DNA of 64,000 nt from Actinomycetota bacterium (GTDB lineage: Bacteria; Actinomycetota; JAHEXW01), in the NCBI GenBank assembly GCA_025355855.1, contig JANXYU010000003.1:88713-152712 (forward strand). The letters are read 5' to 3'. The translations under genes and the position numbers were made by a program. This document shows, one piece after another, positions 1 to 8,839 of the stretch. The notes below the pieces were generated by a model. The model saw only the letters and a program-made list of their open reading frames with translations. It did no database searches and was not told where the DNA came from. The first letter of the stretch is position 1; the number at the start of each line of letters is the position of its first letter.

Positions 1-285
1 GTTCGGCCGATCGCTGACTTTCGCGATCGCCTCCAGCACAACGGGGTTGTTGTGCCCGACGTTCAGTGATCCGTAGCCGGCCAGAAAATCAGTGTATCGC
101 CGGCCGTCCTCGTCATAAACGAAAACGCCCTCAGCGCGAACAAACTTCTTGTCGAAATCCAAGAGCTTGAACATGCTGACGAGCGTCGGATTAACGTATT
201 TGGTATGAAGGGCGATGATCTCCCGACGGCTTAAGGCCAGCGCCTCGTCGACGGAGAACAAGGACTGCGGCGCTTGATCCGTCAT
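1..285 (-). CDS. class-III PLP-dependent aminotransferase, N-terminal fragment (gene runs off window start)
   Basis: Reverse-strand ATG at 285..283 opens a frame reading MTDQAPQSLFSVDEALALSRREIIALHTKYVNPTLVSMFKLLDFDKKFVRAEGVFVYDEDGRRYTDFLAGYGSLNVGHNNPVVLEAIAK... This is the typical N-terminus of acetylornithine/GABA/putrescine-type aminotransferases. It is absent from the ORF track only because the window truncates it. Confidence 0.6.
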   Translation of the reverse strand, partial: MTDQAPQSLFSVDEALALSRREIIALHTKYVNPTLVSMFKLLDFDKKFVRAEGVFVYDEDGRRYTDFLAGYGSLNVGHNNPVVLEAIAKVSDRPN

Positions 286-291
286 GAGGAA

Positions 292-579
292 TTAGTCCCG
301 GTCCCTACCCCTGCCTCGGTCCCGATCCCGATCCCGACCCTCGCGGGCTTTTTGGACAGTGTAGGGGATGAGGGCCATTTCTCGCGCCCGTTTAACGGCT
401 CCAGCCAGCATGTTTTGATGCTGCGTACAATTTCCCGAGGTGCGCCGGGGCTTGATTTTACCGCGTTCCGAGATATACCGCTGTAGAGTGCCGAGGTCTT
501 TATAGTCGATCGACTCGCACTTCCTGCGGCAAAACTGGCAATATTTTTTGTAGGTCCTTCTGGCGTACTGCTCTGCCAC
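292..579 (-). CDS. rpsR: 30S ribosomal protein S18 with unusual C-terminal Arg-Asp repeat tail
   Basis: Conserved S18 core [61 protein letters not shown]; canonical rpsF-ssb-rpsR gene order. Confidence 0.9.
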   Translation of the reverse strand: MAEQYARRTYKKYCQFCRRKCESIDYKDLGTLQRYISERGKIKPRRTSGNCTQHQNMLAGAVKRAREMALIPYTVQKAREGRDRDRDRGRGRDRD

Positions 580-596
580 TTAAATAAACTCCTTCT

Positions 597-1016
597 CTAG
601 AATGGAACGTCGCTCTCCGAGCCGGCGCCTCCGCCGATCTCGGTAAAGTCAGATTCTTGTTTTCTACTGCCGCCGCCGCCTTCTCCCCGGCCGCCCAGAA
701 ATTGGACGTTTTCGGCAACTACTTCCACGACGGAACGTTTTTGGCCGTCTTCGGTTTCCCAACTGCGGCTCTGAAGTCTGCCTTCAACGGCGACGGAGCT
801 CCCTTTGTGGATATATTCGGCGCAGCGCTCCGCCAGCGTGGCCCAGACGACCACGTTAAAGAAATTCGGTTCCTCGACCCATTCTCCAGCGTCGTTCTTG
901 CGGCGTCGGTTAACGGCGATGCCGAAACCGCCGACGGTCGTGCCGCTGGGTATGGAACGCAACTCCACGTCGCGCGTGAGGTTACCGATCAGTATGACCC
1001 GGTTCAAGCTGGCCAT
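597..1016 (-). CDS. ssb: single-stranded DNA-binding protein
   Basis: Internal start MASLNRVILIGNLTRDVELR (OB fold), Gly-rich linker, acidic C-terminal tip SESDVPF. The upstream 64 codons of the track ORF (to 1208) are Arg-rich and overlap rpsF, so the start at 1016 is preferred. Confidence 0.85.
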   Translation of the reverse strand: MASLNRVILIGNLTRDVELRSIPSGTTVGGFGIAVNRRRKNDAGEWVEEPNFFNVVVWATLAERCAEYIHKGSSVAVEGRLQSRSWETEDGQKRSVVEVVAENVQFLGGRGEGGGGSRKQESDFTEIGGGAGSESDVPF

Positions 1017-1020
1017 ATCT

Positions 1021-1305
1021 CTAGTCCTTTGCGACGAACATATGCCGCACGACTTCGTCTGAGATGCGCAAGACCCGGTCCATTTCCTTGATGTTCTCTT
1101 CCGGGCCTTCAAAGTGGAAGAGAGCGTAATAGCCCATTGTCTGTTTTTTAATGGGATAGGCGAGTTTCCTTTTGCCCCAGCGATCGGTCTTGGCGACCTT
1201 GCCGCCATTCTTGGCGATGATTCCCTCGATCTTGGTTACCGCGGCTTCAATCTTCTCGTCTTCCATATTAGCATCGAGAATGGCCATGGCCTCGTATTCC
1301 TTCAA
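1021..1305 (-). CDS. rpsF: 30S ribosomal protein S6
   Basis: MKEYEAMAILDANMEDEKIEAAVTKIEGIIAKNGGKV...LAYPIKKQTMGYYALFHFEG is the S6 family signature; position upstream of ssb. Confidence 0.9.
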   Translation of the reverse strand: MKEYEAMAILDANMEDEKIEAAVTKIEGIIAKNGGKVAKTDRWGKRKLAYPIKKQTMGYYALFHFEGPEENIKEMDRVLRISDEVVRHMFVAKD

Positions 1306-1429
1306 ACTTGTACCCTCCTTGATACGAAAAATAGCGCGTAGTTCACGCGCTGATAGAGTGTTAACCTACTAATTATAGCGACAGAACGTCAATGATACAA
1401 CAGGAAGCCAGGTAAGAGCAAGAGCGTCA

Positions 1430-2521
1430 CTAAACGTTGAATCTGAAAAAGACGACGTCGCCGTCTTGCATTACGTATTCTTTACCTTCCAGCCTTAGCA
1501 AGCCTTTCTCTTTGGCCGCGTTGAACGAGCCGTTGGCGACTAGGTCGTCAAAGCCGACGATTTCCGCCCGAATAAACCCGCGTTCCATGTCAGTGTGAAT
1601 TTTTCCGGCAGCCGCGGGCGCTTTTGTGCCGGCGGTGATTGTCCAGGCCCTCGCTTCGGTCGGGCCCCCAGTGAAATAGGTAATCAAATCCAGCAGCTTA
1701 TAGGAAGCCCGAATGAACGTCGCTAGCGGCAACTCTTCCAGACCGAGATCAGCCATAAACTCGGCTGCGTCCTCGTCAGATAGTTTGCCCATCTCTTCCT
1801 CGAGCTCAACCGGCATCACGACTACGGCCGCACCTTCGGCCGCCGCCTTGGCCTCGACCTCTTTTACGTACGCGTTCTCAGTGTTCCCGATATCGGCTTC
1901 CCCGATGTTGGCTACGTAGATGACGGGCTTAAGAGTTAATAGACTGAGTGTTTTTAGGTAGAGCGTTTCCGCTTCATCGAAGTCGTGTGACCTTAGGGTA
2001 AAACCCTTGTCCAGATGGTCCTTGGCTTTCGCCAATGCCGTTCGTTCCTTGGCGGCGGCGGCGTCGCCGGTCTTGGCTTTGCGCACGCAGGCATCTAGAC
2101 GTTTCTCGACAGTCGACAGATCGGCCATCATCAGCTCGATGTTAATTATCTCGATATCGTCGCCAGGCGCGACCCGGCCTTCGACATGGGCGACGTTCTG
2201 GTCATCAAAACACCGAACGACCTGAGCAAGGGCGTCGGTTTCGCGTATATTGGCCAGAAACTGGTTGCCTAGCCCCTCGCCGCGGCTGGCCCCGCGCACC
2301 AGCCCCGCAATGTCCAGAAATTTTACCGACGCCGGTGTAATCTTGGCTGATTTTTCCATATCAGCGATTGTATACAGCCGCGCGTCGGGTACATCCACCA
2401 TGCCGACGTTCGGTTCGATAGTGGTAAATGCGTATGCGGCGGCCGGCGCTCCAGCCTTGGTCAGCGCGTTGAAAAGAGTCGATTTTCCCGCATTCGGCAG
2501 TCCGACGATACCAACTTGCAC
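1430..2521 (-). CDS. ychF: ribosome-binding ATPase YchF (Obg-family)
   Basis: G1 motif GIVGLPNAGKSTLFNALT at the N-terminus, 363 aa, C-terminal TGS-like region (MQDGDVVFFRFNV). Confidence 0.9.
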   Translation of the reverse strand: MQVGIVGLPNAGKSTLFNALTKAGAPAAAYAFTTIEPNVGMVDVPDARLYTIADMEKSAKITPASVKFLDIAGLVRGASRGEGLGNQFLANIRETDALAQVVRCFDDQNVAHVEGRVAPGDDIEIINIELMMADLSTVEKRLDACVRKAKTGDAAAAKERTALAKAKDHLDKGFTLRSHDFDEAETLYLKTLSLLTLKPVIYVANIGEADIGNTENAYVKEVEAKAAAEGAAVVVMPVELEEEMGKLSDEDAAEFMADLGLEELPLATFIRASYKLLDLITYFTGGPTEARAWTITAGTKAPAAAGKIHTDMERGFIRAEIVGFDDLVANGSFNAAKEKGLLRLEGKEYVMQDGDVVFFRFNV

Positions 2522-2571
2522 GTGTTTACCTCCATTTGTTCCATATTAGCAGATAAAAAAGGTCGCGCATT

Positions 2572-2586
2572 TTGTAAATATTACAA
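2572..2586. promoter_or_regulatory. 15-bp perfect palindrome TTGTAA-ATA-TTACAA in the divergent ychF/regulator intergenic region; candidate operator
   Basis: Read directly. Lies ~35 nt upstream of the 2621 ATG in an AT-rich ~100-bp promoter region. Confidence 0.25.
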
Positions 2587-2620
2587 AGAAAGTTGCCGAT
2601 ACATATTATGAGGTGAATAT

Positions 2621-3307
2621 ATGACTCTGCAATGGCTGTTTCATAACTATCAACGAGGTCTTCTGACGGCTCTTTACGAACACCCGATGGAGGCCGTCTG
2701 CCTAAGTGAACTAGCCCGGCGGGCTGGCGTCGATCCCGGCAATACCAAACGCTATCTGGAGAAGTTTGCGGAATGCGGTATAGTATCTGCCGAAAAGCGA
2801 GGACGAAAGACGGCTTTTAGGCCTAACCTGGGAAACCCTGAAACCCGCAAGATTTTTGAGCTGTTCGAGTTAGACAGGACAAAAAAGTTCTTGGCCAAGA
2901 TTCATCCCCTGGCGGATATTCGTGTCGACGCCTTCCTGACGGAACTCGTTGAACAACTGCCCGATATCAGGTTAATCGTCATGTACGGGCTGGAAGACAA
3001 CGATATCGTGGTCAGAAAACCCCTTGGCCTAGCGATCGTTGTCGGTTCTTTGCATGATACGTCCTTAGTCCATCACAAGGTCCGCTCGCTGATTGACTCA
3101 GCCGGATTCAGGCATGAATTCGAGCTCTGCGTTTATACCACCGATAATCTGGCTGCCGCCTGGAATAAGAGCGATTGCGGTTGTGTCGGTTTCTGTAATG
3201 ACCGGGTCGTGCTATTCGGCGAGGGCTACTACTGGCGACTTGTTGACAACCAATTTCATCAAGACCAAACCACCCCCACTGACGAGGAGATGGTTCAAAA
3301 TGCATAA
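2621..3307 (+). CDS. putative winged-helix transcriptional regulator with degenerate nucleotidyltransferase-like C-terminal half; first gene of the exosortase-family operon
   Basis: ATG with GAGGTG RBS. The segment LSELARRAGVDPGNTKRYLEKFAECGIVSAEKRGRKTAF resembles MarR/ArsR-type wHTH. The stop overlaps the next gene's start by 8 nt. Confidence 0.4.
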   Translation: MTLQWLFHNYQRGLLTALYEHPMEAVCLSELARRAGVDPGNTKRYLEKFAECGIVSAEKRGRKTAFRPNLGNPETRKIFELFELDRTKKFLAKIHPLADIRVDAFLTELVEQLPDIRLIVMYGLEDNDIVVRKPLGLAIVVGSLHDTSLVHHKVRSLIDSAGFRHEFELCVYTTDNLAAAWNKSDCGCVGFCNDRVVLFGEGYYWRLVDNQFHQDQTTPTDEEMVQNA

Positions 3308-4037
3308 ACTGATCGCGTTGCGCCTTAAATTTAGGACTCTCGGGCTGATAATCGCTTTGTCTTGCGTCGGCGTCCTGCTATTCGGCGCCACGGCGCTGGC
3401 AGACACCGCCTATTTTGTAAAGAACAGCTCGGAATCCGGTTTGTTCGTAAACGCGCTCAGTGACACCGTTTCGGGGTCGACTTTGGAGTATTCGATATTA
3501 AACATGACGCCGGGCCAAATTTCTTATTTCGGCTCACCGAACGCGACCTCGTATTCCAAGGTCTATCCGGGCGGCAACGGTGTCGCGGCCGGGAATTGGA
3601 CGCTTAGTGCCTGGGGTCGGTCCCTGAACGCCTCTAAAGTAGTATTCTCCGCCGAGATCGGGGAATACACCAGCGCCGGAACCTATACCGTCAAGATACC
3701 GTACGGCGACACGCCGGCCGGTTTTGGCTGGACACCCGATTTTAAGGGGGCTAACGCGACCATGAAGAGTGTCACCAAAGTCGGGGCGCCCGCCTTTACG
3801 ATTGCGGCCGGGAGCCGGATTTATGTGAGGATATACGCCAAAAATACACACTCAACACAGAATCGGGATGCCTTCCTGGCATATAACTCGACCGCAACCA
3901 ATTCAAATCTGTCGACCCCTCCGTTCGCTCAGCCTATACCCGCTCTGGGTTGGTATCTGGTTTTGGCCGGCATCGTGGTGTTCGCGTTCTTCGCCGTCGG
4001 GCAGGGTGTCTTGAAGGTGAGAAGGGATGAAGCTTGA
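3300..4037 (+). CDS. secreted Ser/Thr/Asn-rich protein with signal peptide, nine N-x-S/T sequons and a C-terminal motif+TM helix+basic tail; candidate exosortase-type sorting substrate
   Basis: ATG 3300 opens MHKLIALRLKFRTLGLIIALSCVGVLLFGATALA|DT (AxA cleavage site). The C-terminus is ...PPFAQPIPALGWYLVLAGIVVFAFFAVGQGVLKVRRDEA. The TGA stop overlaps the TTG start of the next gene. Confidence 0.5.
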   Translation: MHKLIALRLKFRTLGLIIALSCVGVLLFGATALADTAYFVKNSSESGLFVNALSDTVSGSTLEYSILNMTPGQISYFGSPNATSYSKVYPGGNGVAAGNWTLSAWGRSLNASKVVFSAEIGEYTSAGTYTVKIPYGDTPAGFGWTPDFKGANATMKSVTKVGAPAFTIAAGSRIYVRIYAKNTHSTQNRDAFLAYNSTATNSNLSTPPFAQPIPALGWYLVLAGIVVFAFFAVGQGVLKVRRDEA

Positions 4038-4633
4038 CTCAGGTCGGCACCGTATTGCTGAGCATTGCTGCGATAACCGCCTACTTGATCGGCGTGATCT
4101 ATTTTCGACGGCGCCGGGCCTGGTTGGGATATTACCTGTTCGCGACTGTCGGGCTAACGCTTATCTTGGTTTTCGGCGCGCAATTGACCGGCTTATCCGA
4201 CAGGATCGAGTATCTAGTCACTTGGCTGACCGCCCGCGCCTCACTGTTGTTAGGCATCCAGGCACAATTCCTGGGCCAAAACGAATTGATGGTCTCAGAC
4301 AAAGCGGGCTGGGTCATTTTGCGAACAACGATCGAGTGCTCGGCCTTGATCGAAACCAGCGTACTGATCGCTTTGGTTGCGTTCTATCCGGCCTTCAGGT
4401 GGACCAAGAAAGCGGCAATTTTGTCTTTCGGCCTGCCGATTACCTGGCTGTCCAACATCGTTCGGTTGCTGATCATCACGGCAGTGACGGCATTCTTTGG
4501 CCGACAAGCAGTGTTTTTCGGACACGCCGTCGTGGGCCGGTTCTTTTTTTTGGTGGTAACAATTGCCCTGTACTGGTACATCCTGACGATGCCGACAGTA
4601 AAACACATCGGGAAGTCTCTAGAACAAGGATAG
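4034..4633 (+). CDS. exosortase/archaeosortase-family protein, minimal ~199-aa form (XrtG-like)
   Basis: Polytopic membrane protein carrying family signature residues in context: TTIECSALIETSVL (Cys), NIVRLLIITAV (Arg), FGHAVVGRFFF (His/Arg). TTG start is coupled to the upstream stop. A family-2 glycosyltransferase follows immediately, as in the Gram-positive XrtG subfamily. Confidence 0.55.
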   Translation: MTQVGTVLLSIAAITAYLIGVIYFRRRRAWLGYYLFATVGLTLILVFGAQLTGLSDRIEYLVTWLTARASLLLGIQAQFLGQNELMVSDKAGWVILRTTIECSALIETSVLIALVAFYPAFRWTKKAAILSFGLPITWLSNIVRLLIITAVTAFFGRQAVFFGHAVVGRFFFLVVTIALYWYILTMPTVKHIGKSLEQG

Positions 4634-4647
4634 AGGCGAGATTCTAA

Positions 4648-6291
4648 ATGGACGGTTTGTGGACGTTTATGCTGATCTGGGGTGTTTGGATCCTGCTGCC
4701 GATTCTGGTGGACGGGTCAGACACACTTCTCAGGCTATTCGTTGTGCTGCTTTGGGGACGCAAGAAAATCCGGCCGACTGTCGCCGACGCCGACTTGCCG
4801 TTCGTCTCCATCCTTGTGCCCGCGTATAACGAAGACCAAGTCATCGACCGCTGTTTGAACTCGATCAAACTGCAGGACTATCCGCACGACAAGATGGAGG
4901 TCATTGTAATTAATGACGGTTCGAGCGACCTTACCGCGGATAAGGTTCTAAGCCATATCGACGGCCGCGAAGTCGGCATGCGCGATCTTAACCAGCGCGA
5001 TCCCAAGGGCGCCGTAAGCGATGCGGGCGAGGTTTTCAGGGTCGTACCGCCGGGCATCTATCGCAGTAAAGACATCGTCGTTGACGAAGAATCCCGCCGC
5101 CCGAAGCACGACGAAGCCCTCTTGGAAGGCAAGTATGTCGACGTCCCCGAATTCAGCGGCGAGATGACGCTCATTAATAACCACCACTTTGGCAAACCGA
5201 CCGCGTTAAACTCGGGCATCTCACAGATGAACGGGAGTCAGATAATCTTTACGGTCGACTCCGACGTCGTTCTTGATGGCGGCGCGGTACGCAATATGGT
5301 CTACGCGTTTCTGGATGATCCCAAATTGGGCGCAGCGACCGGACACATCGAGATATCCGAGGATATCGTGGAGGAACGCGACGAACTTGGTAACCTTGTC
5401 TTAGATGAGAAGGGCCACCTGATTCGCAAGAAGATGAACTTTATGCAAACCGCTTTGACGCGTCTCCAATTCCTGGAGTATTTGGACGCGTTCCGGCTCG
5501 GGCGGCAGTTCCAGGCGACGATCGGTTCCGCATACATCTTGGCGGGCGCCTTCTCCGCATTCAGGCGCAGCACCCTTATGAAGACCGAACTCTATAAACC
5601 GCGCACGGTCAGCGAGGATTTTGACTTGACCGTCGATATCCATGAAACCGGCGAGAAAGTCGGTTATGTCGCTGAATCTAAGGCCTTGCTGGCGCCTGTC
5701 ATTAACGTCAATGCTCTGTATTCCCAGCGTGTGCGCTGGTGCAGAGGACAGCTGGAAGTAGCCGGGGCGCACCAGAAAGTAATCGGCAACCGGCGTTATG
5801 GCATGGTTGGCTGGTTCGGTTTTCCGCAGATGCTGATTACCGATCACACCTTAAGTTTTCCCAGATTGATCTGGACGATTCTGATCATCATGTTTCCGCT
5901 CTTCGGTTATCCTGTTAGCACAGTCACACTGGCCCTATTGTTTACCTATGCGTTTTATGTTGTGCTTAGTTTCATGCAAACCTTCGCCGCCTACGTGATA
6001 GTAGATGGGGAAACAAAACGCAAGACGGAACGGGCCTTGGGTTGGTGTTTCGCCTTACCGTTCTACCGCTTGGTCGTATTCTACTTCCGGATGTCCGGCT
6101 ACTTGCGAACCCTTACTGAGCCAGCCGGTTGGGACATCACGTCTAAGACTTTGGTTAACGCGAACGCGAATATCGACAGACTGAAGGACGGGGCCGCCGG
6201 GATGCTCCGTACCTACAAAAGAACCGCCCATGGCGTCGCCGCCATCGTACGCTCCGTCATGATGCTCGTCCTCTTGTTCGTGCGGGACTAG
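4648..6291 (+). CDS. processive family-2 glycosyltransferase (membrane-embedded polysaccharide-synthase type)
   Basis: Motifs VPAYNED, DGSSD, GKPTALNSG, TVDSDVV (DxD), SEDFDLT, QRVRWCRGQ (QxxRW). N- and C-terminal TM helices. An ~90-aa insertion sits between DGSSD and GKPTALN. Confidence 0.75.
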   Translation: MDGLWTFMLIWGVWILLPILVDGSDTLLRLFVVLLWGRKKIRPTVADADLPFVSILVPAYNEDQVIDRCLNSIKLQDYPHDKMEVIVINDGSSDLTADKVLSHIDGREVGMRDLNQRDPKGAVSDAGEVFRVVPPGIYRSKDIVVDEESRRPKHDEALLEGKYVDVPEFSGEMTLINNHHFGKPTALNSGISQMNGSQIIFTVDSDVVLDGGAVRNMVYAFLDDPKLGAATGHIEISEDIVEERDELGNLVLDEKGHLIRKKMNFMQTALTRLQFLEYLDAFRLGRQFQATIGSAYILAGAFSAFRRSTLMKTELYKPRTVSEDFDLTVDIHETGEKVGYVAESKALLAPVINVNALYSQRVRWCRGQLEVAGAHQKVIGNRRYGMVGWFGFPQMLITDHTLSFPRLIWTILIIMFPLFGYPVSTVTLALLFTYAFYVVLSFMQTFAAYVIVDGETKRKTERALGWCFALPFYRLVVFYFRMSGYLRTLTEPAGWDITSKTLVNANANIDRLKDGAAGMLRTYKRTAHGVAAIVRSVMMLVLLFVRD

Positions 6292-6295
6292 CGCG

Positions 6296-8839
6296 TTGGC
6301 ACAGGCGATTCCCGAACCCCTGCAACCGGCCAAGCCCGACGTGCGCAAAGGTTGGACTCTGTCTCGGTTTATGCTGGGCTTGGCTTTCATTTGGCTGGTA
6401 GTGTTCGTCGTCTTCCGCCACATCGCCGAGCCGGGTGTTCCCGCTGGTAATGATGCGATGGCCCACCTGTTTAAGATCTGGTATATCGGTCAACACCTGG
6501 CCCAGACGCATACATTTCCCGTGTGGCTGCCATACTGGTACGAGGGTACTGACCTCATCAAGTATTATCAACCTCTATTCTACGTAGTCGCGACGCCCTT
6601 CTACCTGATCACGAAGGATGTGTTCACCACTTACCGGATCGTCACGTTCGTTTGGATCGGGCTAGTGAGCCTGTCCATGTACGGAGTAGTCTACCGCCGT
6701 CTCGGCCTATTCCCAGCAATCGTCGCCGCCATCCTCTACGCATTGTCCCCGCCCGTGATAAGGGCCTATTTTTATGTCGGTCTGCTGCCGCAGGCGTTCT
6801 CGTACATATTTCTGCCGCTGGCTTTTCATTTCACCCTGCGCCTGGCCGATGAAGGCGCCAAGAGGGCCAAGACGGTCGCGCTACTGGCCGTCTGTTGGGG
6901 TCTATTTATTCTGGCCCATCCGATGAGCGCGGCTTTCTCGATGATGGCCACGTTCGTCTTTATTGCTGTCTATCAGGCTACTAAACAGGAGGAACGGCAC
7001 CCCCTGGTGGTCACGCGCTACCTTTTGTCAGCGGCTTTGGGAATCGGCGTAGCCGCCCTCTGGTTCGTGCCGGCTTACTTCGGCAAGATAATGCCGCCAA
7101 CGTCAGGCGAAGCGGTTTTTACGACTTCGGTTCCCTTGAAGGAGTTGGCGGGGTTTGTCACTGGCGCCGCGACCGTAAACGCCCGCTATATTCCGATTGC
7201 TCTGTCTATCTTGGCGATAGCGGGAACATTCTGGCGTCGTACCGCGCTCGCGTGGGGCTTAGCCGCCATGGGAGCGTTTACGATGATCTTCGCGTTGGGC
7301 GTGCAAACGCCCCTCTATAGTTGGGTACCACTGTCGTCGGCCATTTTTCCTGAGTACGCTCTTTTCGGCGCCTGTTTCGCGTTTGCTTTTCTGGCCGGCC
7401 GCCTTTTCGAAAGAACTATCCGTAACCGGGCCAAAGACGCTGCGACTGTCGTTCTCATCGTGACGGTGGTATTTATCGCCTTGTTGGAAACACAACCTGT
7501 CTTTACGTCAGTCATCAACAAGCCCGCGCCGTCCGACATTATTCGCTTACTCGATAAAGCGAAAACCTTGCCCGCCGACGGCCGGGTATCGATGCTTGGC
7601 CATTCCTCGGCGGTCCTGTCCTATTATCCGACTGTCTTGACAGGCCGCCAGATCACCGAGGGTTTCTTCTACCAAGGAACGAACCACTACAAAGAAATCG
7701 CCAATATCAACGACGTGCAGATTCATGATTATTCGCCCGAATATGTCCACCGGAAGCTGGCGCAGTGGAACACGCGGTATATCATGGTTCACACCGCGAC
7801 GCTTACGCAGGACAAGGCGGTCATCCCGCCGGGCTATAAAAAGGTCGCTACGGCCCAATTGTGGAATCTTTTCTATCAGGATAAGGCCCGTTCAAGCTTC
7901 CAGCTAATGACTCACGACACTATTGCCATCGGCAAGAACCCGGCCATCGTCGCTCTGCGCTATCCCTGGGTCGTCGAGGGCGGCTTGTATGTCGACAACT
8001 ACGATTGGAAATATCTTTCGCAATTCAAACGGATCATCCTGACCGGCTTCGCTTTTCATGATCGCAAGACGACCGTCGATCTGATAACTCGACTGGCGGA
8101 GAGCGGACGCACGGTCGTTATCGATCTCCAAGACGTCGCGAGTGAGTTCGGCACTGAGAGCGTCTCGTTTATGAATGTGTTGCCGATTCCCGTGACGACC
8201 CGTCAGCAAATCAGCCTGACACCGTCCGAGCAATTAACCGGCCTGCCACGGCGAAAACTTAATCTGCGGAATCTTGCTTATAACGGGGAGGCCTGGAAGG
8301 CGGTAGTCTATACGGGCCTCGACTCAAGCGCGTACGATGTCACGATCGAGGGCAAAACCTACAGCGCGTTGGGCTATAAGCGCGCCGGAGCGGGCAAGAT
8401 ATATTTCGCGGGTTTGAATCTATTTTTCCACAATTTGCTGGCGGCCGAGAAAGATGGGACCGCGCTCACCGATTGGCTGGCCGGTCCGCGTGATCCCAGT
8501 CTGTATATGACCAATTTCCCTGTCACAGCCCAAACCTGGCGCGATGATTCGGTCGACTTCAGTTACACGTCAACGAAGACCGCTCCGGTTGTGGTTTCGA
8601 CAACTTGGACCGAAAACTGGCACGCGACAATCGACGGAAAGCCGCTCAAGGCCTACGCATATGAAAACATGCCGTTGTTCTTCCTGCCCGCCGGCGCTCA
8701 TACGATCGAGTTGAAATACGGCACAACGGGATTGGAGATTTTTGCTACGCTTATCACGGTAGCGTCAGTCGCAATCGTCCTCTTCATTTTAATAAGGAGC
8801 GTGCGCCGTAAAAACAGCGCTGATAATACCGGCCTTTAA
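6296..8839 (+). CDS. large polytopic membrane protein (~13 N-terminal TM helices, ~430-aa extracytoplasmic domain, terminal TM anchor); candidate GT-C-fold/YfhO-like glycosyltransferase, XrtG-associated
   Basis: Hydropathy pattern read from the translation. Acidic first loop (GNDAMAHLF...WYEGTD). Synteny between a processive GT2 and a polyprenol-phosphate-sugar-synthase-like GT2. Confidence 0.45.
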   Translation: MAQAIPEPLQPAKPDVRKGWTLSRFMLGLAFIWLVVFVVFRHIAEPGVPAGNDAMAHLFKIWYIGQHLAQTHTFPVWLPYWYEGTDLIKYYQPLFYVVATPFYLITKDVFTTYRIVTFVWIGLVSLSMYGVVYRRLGLFPAIVAAILYALSPPVIRAYFYVGLLPQAFSYIFLPLAFHFTLRLADEGAKRAKTVALLAVCWGLFILAHPMSAAFSMMATFVFIAVYQATKQEERHPLVVTRYLLSAALGIGVAALWFVPAYFGKIMPPTSGEAVFTTSVPLKELAGFVTGAATVNARYIPIALSILAIAGTFWRRTALAWGLAAMGAFTMIFALGVQTPLYSWVPLSSAIFPEYALFGACFAFAFLAGRLFERTIRNRAKDAATVVLIVTVVFIALLETQPVFTSVINKPAPSDIIRLLDKAKTLPADGRVSMLGHSSAVLSYYPTVLTGRQITEGFFYQGTNHYKEIANINDVQIHDYSPEYVHRKLAQWNTRYIMVHTATLTQDKAVIPPGYKKVATAQLWNLFYQDKARSSFQLMTHDTIAIGKNPAIVALRYPWVVEGGLYVDNYDWKYLSQFKRIILTGFAFHDRKTTVDLITRLAESGRTVVIDLQDVASEFGTESVSFMNVLPIPVTTRQQISLTPSEQLTGLPRRKLNLRNLAYNGEAWKAVVYTGLDSSAYDVTIEGKTYSALGYKRAGAGKIYFAGLNLFFHNLLAAEKDGTALTDWLAGPRDPSLYMTNFPVTAQTWRDDSVDFSYTSTKTAPVVVSTTWTENWHATIDGKPLKAYAYENMPLFFLPAGAHTIELKYGTTGLEIFATLITVASVAIVLFILIRSVRRKNSADNTGL

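Noticed and set aside
1017-1208. 64-codon N-terminal extension of ssb
   Set aside because: It overlaps rpsF and is not part of the OB fold; the conserved SSB start is MASLNRVILIGNL.
3093-3299. N-terminal 69-codon extension of the secreted protein ORF (track start 3093)
   Set aside because: The extension overlaps the regulator gene and lacks a signal peptide. The internal ATG 3300 starts a textbook signal peptide.
4027-4647. ATG-initiated 206-aa ORF in an alternative frame over the exosortase-family gene
   Set aside because: Its translation is Arg/Gly-rich with no hydrophobic segments and no motifs, typical of an off-frame in high-GC DNA. The overlapping TTG frame gives a coherent polytopic membrane protein.
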